Below are positions 53,868-64,000 of a stretch of 64,000 bases of DNA, piece by piece. How positions within the stretch are numbered: the first letter of the stretch is position 1; each line of letters opens with the position of its first letter. Under the pieces are notes generated by a model, which did no database searches, was not told the DNA's origin, and saw nothing but the letters and a program-made list of their open reading frames with translations. The stretch covers positions 202,246-266,245 of the forward strand of contig JAWQFM010000035.1 in NCBI GenBank assembly GCA_033442325.1, read 5' to 3'. A program made the translations under genes and the position numbers. This DNA comes from Salpingoeca rosetta (taxonomy: Eukaryota; Protista; Choanoflagellata).

Positions 53868-54085
53868 TGGAGTCCTTGTTGTTGGTGTTGGTGTTGGTTC
53901 AACCACACCCCTCACCCCGTACATGCACGCACGCACGCTTGCCCTCTTGCATGCACTGCCTGGCTGTGGTATTGAACTGCAACGCAACAACGAAGCTCTA
54001 ATGCATCAACGACGCTCTAACGCAACAACGAAGAAGCGTCACAAACAGCAGCTGCATCAACCAAGCAATCACGAGCGCAGTCGAG

Positions 54086-55192
54086 TCAATCGCACACTTG
54101 CTGGCTGCACGCGGAGAGGGGCTTCTTGTCCGCGCCTGTGCCTGCTTCTCCCGCCACTTTCGTGTCCTTGCCATCACCACCAACATCAGCGCCACCATCT
54201 GCATCAAACTTGGGGCCAGAGCAGCAGCACACGTCCATGGCGTGCTCAAATGCGCCGGCAAGCAGGTCCACAATGTACGCCGCAGACTCCTCATCCTGCA
54301 GCTTGTCGTTGCGAATCTCGATAATCACGTGCGGCAGGCCGCGCGCCAGCCCGTGCGTCGGCGTGGTGTATCCGGGGATGAGCTTGCCGGAGTACGGCTC
54401 GTTGTTTCCCACGCAATATCCGTGCTCATCTTCGCGCTTGCACAGGTATTCCAGCAGGGCGTCCGCGACGCTGCGATCAGAGTGCCACAGCACGCTCACC
54501 TCCCACGGCCGATGCTCCCCAACAACCTGGACGAGGAAAGAGACGGTGGACAGGACAAGATTAGGGTGGTGGTATTAGAAGTGTGAGGGGAACGGGCATG
54601 AGCGAAGCAGGGTAAGGGGGGAAGGTAGGGAGAGTGGGCAAGGAGTATTTGAATAGCAACAACAACAACGCGCGCGTGTGTGTGTGTGTGTGTGTTTGGT
54701 GATGTGGGTGTGGCAGCGGGACTGCGCAGCAGAGACAAACATGCACGTACACACACACATACACACATACACACACACATACACACATGCACACACATAC
54801 AGACGCATACACACTCAAAAGCACACACAGATACAGACACGCACCTTGAGCTTTGGCGTCATGGAGTGAATGGAGAAGATGACGGGTTTTGGCGATGTTG
54901 GCGCGATCACCACAGCATCACCACCGCTATCAACACCATCTTGTCCCTGGTCCTTGAACCACTGGTTGATGGTGGCGGATATGGCGTTGTGGTACGGCTT
55001 GAAGATGCCGCTCACGCGGTCATCGCGCTGCTGCTGCGTGAGGTGCTGGTTGCCCGGCACAGGCACGCCATCGGAGACGGGAGGGATGGAGGATGGGTCG
55101 TCGAGCTGTCTGTTGCAGTCGATCAGCAGCCGGCTGTAACCGCACACGACCCCGCGCATGTTCAGCCGCTCAGACAGCTGCCGCGTCACCTG

Positions 55193-55284
<92 letters not shown>

Positions 55285-55884
55285 ACTTGCGTGCATGCAG
55301 AGCAAGATCCCGTCTCCCTTCCACAACGCATGGCCGCAGGGATTTGACCCGCACCCAGCCGGCGCCAATGTCCCAGGCAATGTGATCCGAGAGGTGCTTC
55401 TTCTCCAAGCCAAGCCCATCTGATCGATGTGTGTGTGTGTGTGTTAAAAGGTGTGACGTGAATGATTTGATACTTCCACAAATTGATGCATGCACAATGT
55501 AAACACGCGCACACGCACCACAAACAGCACAGCACACACACACACACACGACACACACACCCTTCACACACATAATACACGACACACACACGCACACAAA
55601 ACAAACCGCACACAAACCGCACGCAGACGACCTTTGCTTTGCGTCTTACCCAGCTTTGCAGGGATGGTGTTGGATGCATGATCGCAAACAAGAACGCCGC
55701 GGGCCGTGCCCGCTGGGTTGATGACCTCGTATGGCTCGGAGAACATGGCACTCATGTCTGCGCGCTGTCGGGTTGAATGTGGTGGTGTGCTGGCGTGAGC
55801 GGTGTATATGCGACGCGTGGACAATCTCAACACAGCAGCTCTAGCGTGCAGCGATGACGTAGGACAACGCAACAAGGGCATCAT
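54086..55884 (-). CDS. N-formylglutamate amidohydrolase (FGase)-family hydrolase of bacterial type; exons 55884-55650, 55419-55355, 55189-54845, 54526-54086
   Basis: Motifs LVCDHASN, HIAWDIGA, YSRLLIDCNR, VPGN, KPYH, SIHSMTP, RPWEVSVLW, GNNEPYSG and IEIRND. The first ~43 aa (MMPLLRCPTSSLHARAAVLRLSTRRIY...) are R/S/L/A-rich with almost no acidic residues. A downstream Met is at 55755. Confidence 0.9.
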
Positions 55885-55927
55885 CCTCTCAAATGAATGA
55901 CAAGCAAGCAAGCTGACGAACACCAAG

Positions 55928-55986
<59 letters not shown>

Positions 55987-56719
55987 CGCACGCACGCCTC
56001 ACACACACACACACACCTCACGACAGCTTGGTTGGTGCCTCAGGTTTGGGCTGTGCTTCTGCTTGCTTCTCGTCTTGCGTGGCAGCTTCCTTCCTTCCTT
56101 GCTTGTGTCAGTCAGTTCTTGCTTCGCAAGTGATTGGTTGGTGGCAGCGTTGCATCATCATCAGCGTTCGCCATAACCATCGTGTTGCTTCGGTGCATCG
56201 TTGCGTTTGCTGCAGATTATTGGTGGATATTATCAAATAACGTTCCGCAATTTATGTCCTTGATGTGGCGAGCAACCGTTTTGCCACCCAAGATGCAATC
56301 AACCAATCATCATGGTTGGTGGCAAGCAAGCGATCAAGGCAAGGCGATCAAGGCAACGCTGGGCCTTAATGAATAAAGCAAGCAAGCGAGCAAGCAGTTT
56401 GTCTGCTGGCCACAACACGCAATGAACCTGCCGCATACACAAGTCACACACCATCACACACCATCACACACACACATACACACACCACACTCTTCTCGCT
56501 CGTCCGCAGACACTGTCAATCCGGAAGAACCCCCCTCTCTTCAGCATTTTCTCCTCCTCCTCCTCCTCAAACCCAAAGTGCACACTCACACTCTCACCAT
56601 TGTCGTTCCTCAGAGAACGCACACACACACACACACAACCACGCACACACACACACATGCACACACATACGCACACGCGAGATCATTACCCCACGTACCT
56701 TTGAGCGCTGTACGGCATC

Positions 56720-57194
56720 ATGGCTGATGAGTTCCAGCACATCCATTGGACCCACGGGCCAGACAAGGACTTTGTTGTCATCCCCAGCCTTGTAAGGCAT
56801 GTGTGTGTTGTGTTTTGTTTTGTTTTGTTTTGTTTTGTTCGTGCGCGCAGTGCAATGCAATGATCACTCCAACTCACTCCCCCCCCCATCCAACCTCTCA
56901 TGTTTGCTAGACGTTTGACAATGGCGAGCTTGAGAAGCTGAGGGGCGTGCATCACTATGAGGAGCGACTGCTGTTCTCGCTCATCCTGTTGCGTTACAGC
57001 AACACACGGCTGGTGTACCTCACTTCGATGCCCATCCCCAGCGACATCCTTGACTACTACTTCTCCCTCCTCCCACCAGATATCCCCATCCACCGCGAGA
57101 ACCTCCTCATGCTCAGCACGCAGGACAGCTCCCCCGTCTCCCTCAGCGAAAAGGTGTTGCATACACGCACGCAGGGAAGAGCACACAGGGAAGA

Positions 57195-57251
<57 letters not shown>

Positions 57252-57569
57252 CGTGTGCGTGTGTGTGTGTGTGTGGCTGTGTGTGGCTGTCTGTCTTTCC
57301 TTCAGTGCCCTTCGATTTCGTCTCCTTCCTCTCACCTCACCTCTCCTCTCACGCCCCCCCCTCTCTCTCTCTCCATCATCACCACCGCAACCACCAGCTG
57401 CTGCGCCGGCCGCGGCTGTTGAATCGGATCCGCACGTATGTGCGGCCGAATGCGGTGATGGCGGTGTTTCGCAGCACCCCGCTGGAGATGCGCATTGCAG
57501 ACTACCTCGGCATGACACTCCACTCCGTCAGACCAGACCTCATGTTCTGGGTACGTGCGGTTTGGATGT

Positions 57570-57614
<45 letters not shown>

Positions 57615-58345
57615 TGCGATTCTGTGTGTGTGTGTGTGTGTGTGTGGATATGTGTGTGTGTGTGTCTGAGTTTCTATGTGTGTGTGCTTGCGTTTCTGTG
57701 TGCGCGTGTTGTGTCTGCGTTCCTGTGTGTGTGTGTGTCTGAGTTTCTATGTGTGTGTGTGTGTGTGTGTGTACTTTAATGTGCACACGTCTTTATATCC
57801 CCTGTCAACATGTTATCTCACAACTCGCAACAACCACACCGCGCCACACACTCACTCCCACACACTCACCCTCCATGCCTCTTCAATCAATCACCCCCAC
57901 CAGGGCGGAAAGGATGGGTCGCGAGTGGCGTTTGCCAACAGCGGCGTGCCATGCCCGGACGGTGTGCGCCTGACACACAACGTCGATGTGCTGGTGGACC
58001 GAATCGCCACCCTCCTATTGCGCAACCCAACAACAAAGCGGGTCGTCGTGAAACTCAACGAAGGGTTCTCTGGCGAGGGCAACGCCATCCTGCACGTGGA
58101 CCACATCACCTCCAACCCAAAGCTCATGCAGCCAGCACGCAGCGCCGCCGGTGATAGCAGTGGTGACAGCAGTGGTGGTGGGAGTGGCGACAGCAGGGGT
58201 GACAAGGGCGGCCCTGTCGAGGCGAAGCGTGCGCAGAACAAAGAGAACGACACCAGCAGCAAAACCAGCGGCGGCATCGCTACCAACAACAACACAAGCA
58301 GCGGTCGCAGCGCTGCCACTGCCTCAACTGCCACCCCAACCGATG

Positions 58346-58400
<55 letters not shown>

Positions 58401-58414
58401 GCAGCAGCAGCAGC

Positions 58415-58451
<37 letters not shown>

Positions 58452-59857
58452 CCGCGTGTCGTTTGCGTCCGAAGCAACGGTGGTGACCACCACCACGACA
58501 ACAACAGCGACAGAAGACGCATACACCGACACACACATTGGCCACAAGCAACAGCAACAAGGAGACGAAGAAGAGCATGTGGAGATCCGCGTACAGGTGC
58601 AGCAGCAAGTCAAAGAGGTAACAGCGGTGACAACAGTGCAAGATAACGAGGAAGAAGAACAAGAGCAAGAGCAAGAAGACCTGCCAGCATCACCAACATC
58701 GTCCGCGCCCCGCCCCGTGTTCAGAGCAACACCAGCGCTGCGTGCAGCCGTGTTGGCGGCACTGGCCCACGACGACCCGACGGATGACAGGCGCACAATG
58801 CGCTTCTGCTCGACTGTGGAGCGCTGGGAGACGTTTGTGCCGAAGATTGCGACCTTTGGCGCCATTGCGGAGCTGTTTGTGGAGGGCGCCACCACCTCGC
58901 CGAGCGTGCAGTGTGTGATTGACGCGCAGTCGAACGTGGAGGTGGTGTCCACGCATGAGCAGGTGCTGGACGGGCAGATATACAAGGGGTGTCTGTTCCC
59001 GGCGAGGGACGAGTACAACAAGCAGCTGCAGGAGTACGGTCGCAAGGTGGCGCAGTTCCTGGCCGACCAAGGCGTTGTCGACAACCTCGGCATCGACTTC
59101 ATGTGCGGCCCAAACGCGGATGGGTCATGGAACATTCAGGCGCTGGAGATCAACCTGCGGCTGTGTGGAACCACGCACCCGTTCATGACGCTGAAGCTGC
59201 TGACGGGCGGCGGGCTGGACCCAATGTCCGGGCTGTACATGACGCAACGCGGGGAGTACCGCTACTACATTGCGTCAGACAACATGGAGGACCCGAGCCT
59301 GCAGACGCTCACGCCGCAGGACATTATCGACATCTTCAAGGAGAACGACCTGCACTTCCACCACGACACGCAGGTCGGCGTTGTGTTCCACCTGCTGGGG
59401 TGCCTGAGCGAGTGGGGCAAGGTTGGCGTCACGGCTATCGGCACGTCAAGGGACCACGCCAAGGACCTGTTTGACCGCGCACAGCACCTCCTCATCACGG
59501 TCAGTTAGGCAGGTGGGGTGGAAGAGCTTGGAAGAAGGGTGTTGTGGTGGTTTGTGTTGGGTTGGGTCATGTTGTGTGGTGTTGTGTGTTTGTATCCTGT
59601 GTATGCGCACATGCGTGTTGAGAAGCACGCGTGCCCTACCATACGACACGTGCTCCCATATCGCACCATCATCGTCACCGTAACCCCACATGACATCACA
59701 CCCACGCCCACGCCAAATACATGCACGTGTACAGGAGGCGCGTCGAATCCCGCCGCTGTGGACGCCGACGATGGAGACAGACGCCTGCCCGTATCTCTGT
59801 CGCCGCCGCGTGTCTGTGGCCGCACCAGAGGCAGCGAAGCTCGCCGCGAGACGCTGA
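56720..59857 (+). CDS. ATP-grasp amide/peptide ligase, PGM1-related (IQCH-like ATP-grasp family); exons 56720-56791, 56911-57153, 57398-57550, 57904-59499, 59735-59857 (728 aa)
   Basis: VVIPSL...HYEERLLFSLILLR, LVYLTS, WGGKDGSR, VVVKLNEGFSGEGNA, SPSVQ, STHEQVL, YKGCLFPA, GIDF, EINLRLCGTTHP, YYIASDN and GVVFHLLGCLSEWGKVGVTAIG. All introns are GT-AG and phase 0. Without the last splice the ORF stops at 59508. Confidence 0.88.
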
Positions 59858-59893
59858 CTACATCGTGCTTGTTGTGTGTGCGCGTGTGTGCGT

Positions 59894-59969
<76 letters not shown>

Positions 59970-60251
59970 TTTCTCTTTGCATGTCACACACTACATCCCT
60001 GCCACATCCTTTCGTCTGTGCTTTGCCTTTTGTATCCCCCGCCATTGAAATCAATTCGAAACCGAACATACGCATGCAAGGAAGAAGCAATACAAGTCAA
60101 CGACAGCAAAGCAAGCTCAATCCAAGGCTATCAACACTTTGGGTAAACACAAGCGCGCACACATATACACGCACTGACACACACACATACACACTCACAA
60201 ACTCACACACCCACACTCACACTCACACACACACACACACACACTCACACA

Positions 60252-60285
<34 letters not shown>

Positions 60286-60433
60286 CTCTCTCTCTCTCTC
60301 TCTCACTCACTCACTCACTCTCTCTCTCTCTCTCTCTCACTCTCTCACTCGCATCACCACCCCCCCCCCCCCCACCAACCACGCACTCATACTCAAAATA
60401 ACTTCATACACGGAGCAGCAGGTGGCTGGTGGG

Positions 60434-61786
60434 TCAGAGGCAGAGGGAGAAGAAGGTCGTGTCGATGGTGAGAACGCTCGTGGTGTGAAACGGAATGCCA
60501 ACAATCGTGCCGTCACCAACAGCGACACCATCCGACCACAGCGTGGGCGCGTCTCCGGTGCACGAGCCTGTGCTGGACCAAGCTCCAGCCACGAACGTGC
60601 ACGAGTGCAGCGGGTACGCGTCTAGCACGACTGCGGTGTTGGTGCTGCTGTCAGGGTCGATGACGAGCGGATATGGGGCGTCACGCGCGATAGCGTACAC
60701 CCGGCCGTCCCGCCCAAGCGCACCGCCAGACCACGTCCACCAGCCATCCACGTCCAAGGGGAGAGGTACCATGGACGTCTGCTGCGTGGACGGGTCGATG
60801 ACGAGCACCGCGCTGGCCTTGTATGGGATGCCGTAGATGAGGCCGTTGCCTGCAAGTACGCCGCCGTACCACTTCCAGTTGTCGCCCGGACCGCTGCGCA
60901 GGAAGGCCGCATTGGGCGAGACATCCAGGTAGGAGACGGTGTGGTCGAGGGTGGAGATGGCCAGCACGGCATCCGCAGACGCAGGCATGGCGTAGATGTA
61001 CCCGTTGTCGGCAAGCACCCCACGCGCCCACTTGGTAGGCCCATAATCGATAAAGGCACCATTGTACTTGGGCAGGTCGATGGTGGAGAACCCGCCGGAC
61101 AGCACGTCAAACACCATGATCACGGGCGAGCCCCACGGGATGCCGTAGATGATGGTGTTGTTCTTGCCAGCAACAACCCCGCCGCTCCACGACCAGAAGG
61201 TGTCAAGTATCGGCGACAGCGCCTTTGATGACACCACCTCGTCCTCCAATGAGAGCATGAGCAACGCACCGCCCCTCACGGGCATGCCGTACAGGTGGTT
61301 GTCGCCCGCCTCCACCAGCGTGTACCACATGCCGTCCAGCATGTTTGCCGGGAGCGCAATCTCGCGCACGGTCTGCGTGTCTGGCTCGATGACGAGGATG
61401 GAGTCCGCCCTGTCTGGTGCGGCGTAGACGTTGCCGTTGCTGGCGAGCACGCCGCCATTCCACTTGAACTGGGCCGTGTTGGAGGTTGTCAGCGTGGCCG
61501 TATCCACGCCGTCTCGCAGCGCTGACCTACACGTCTTCGTCGTCACGTGGCGCAACAGCTCAAGCTCTCGCAACACATCCACGCCGTTGACGTAGACACG
61601 GCCGGAGACGTCACCCGTGGAGATGTGCAGGTTTCCCACGTCGTCCCCGACAATCTGCGACTTTGGTGTGGTGGACGCGCCCCCTGCATCTGCTGCGGCG
61701 AGCACCGCCTGCGGAACCACCACCACCACCACCACCACCAGCAGCAATGCGCGAGTCACAGCCAGCCGCAACGACAACGCACGCAT
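60434..61786 (-). CDS. Secreted 7-repeat beta-propeller-like protein with intronless CDS (450 aa)
   Basis: Signal peptide [30 protein letters not shown], a short GNLHI...RVYVNGVDVL-helix module, then seven repeats of W-x-G-G-V-L-A-x-N-G-x-I-Y-x-x-P...V-L-V-I-D-P. The ORF is uninterrupted and has coding-like GC3. Confidence 0.85.
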   Translation of the reverse strand: MRALSLRLAVTRALLLVVVVVVVVPQAVLAAADAGGASTTPKSQIVGDDVGNLHISTGDVSGRVYVNGVDVLRELELLRHVTTKTCRSALRDGVDTATLTTSNTAQFKWNGGVLASNGNVYAAPDRADSILVIEPDTQTVREIALPANMLDGMWYTLVEAGDNHLYGMPVRGGALLMLSLEDEVVSSKALSPILDTFWSWSGGVVAGKNNTIIYGIPWGSPVIMVFDVLSGGFSTIDLPKYNGAFIDYGPTKWARGVLADNGYIYAMPASADAVLAISTLDHTVSYLDVSPNAAFLRSGPGDNWKWYGGVLAGNGLIYGIPYKASAVLVIDPSTQQTSMVPLPLDVDGWWTWSGGALGRDGRVYAIARDAPYPLVIDPDSSTNTAVVLDAYPLHSCTFVAGAWSSTGSCTGDAPTLWSDGVAVGDGTIVGIPFHTTSVLTIDTTFFSLCL

Positions 61787-61828
61787 GATCTGTGTGTTGT
61801 GTGTGTGTGTGTGTGTCTGTGTGTGTGT

Positions 61829-61865
<37 letters not shown>

Positions 61866-61968
61866 TGTGTGTGTATGTGTGTGTGTGTGTGTCTGTGTGT
61901 GTGGGCGTGTGCTTGCCAGTGCGGCGATGACGCGATCGCGGCCACGGCGTTTGGCAGAATTGCACAGA

Positions 61969-64000
<2,032 letters not shown>

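Noticed and set aside
57891-59135. 414-aa antisense ORF opposite the ATP-grasp ligase
   Set aside because: Shadow ORF expected from GC3-biased coding sequence and the CAA repeat. It has no independent motifs.

Overview
Eukaryotic, intron-dense genomic DNA in which nearly every intron is filled with (GT)n/(CA)n microsatellites, with five N-gaps. Gene content and intron style suggest a unicellular holozoan, most likely the choanoflagellate Salpingoeca rosetta (inference). Almost all of the supplied ORF track is microsatellite noise, so genes were rebuilt by joining exons at GT-AG boundaries. Ten protein-coding genes were found: (1) topoisomerase III alpha (-); (2) a myosin whose tail ends in a C2H2 zinc finger plus a Smad-type MH2 domain (+); (3) a Josephin deubiquitinase (+); (4) alanyl-tRNA synthetase (-) with a hidden in-frame presequence-like extension; (5) a Golgi-type sulfotransferase (-); (6) an Atg11/RB1CC1-like autophagy scaffold (-); and a compact block of (7) N-formylglutamate amidohydrolase-like hydrolase (-), (8) PGM1-type ATP-grasp peptide ligase (+), (9) a secreted 7-repeat beta-propeller with an intronless CDS (-) and (10) an ACS-family MFS transporter (+, runs off the window). 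The strongest leads are the myosin-ZnF-MH2 fusion, the bacterial-like ligase/hydrolase/transporter mini-cluster, possible dual targeting of AlaRS, and a systematic 5'-GU / 3'-CA polarity of introns. Family assignments come from motif recognition, not from database searches.
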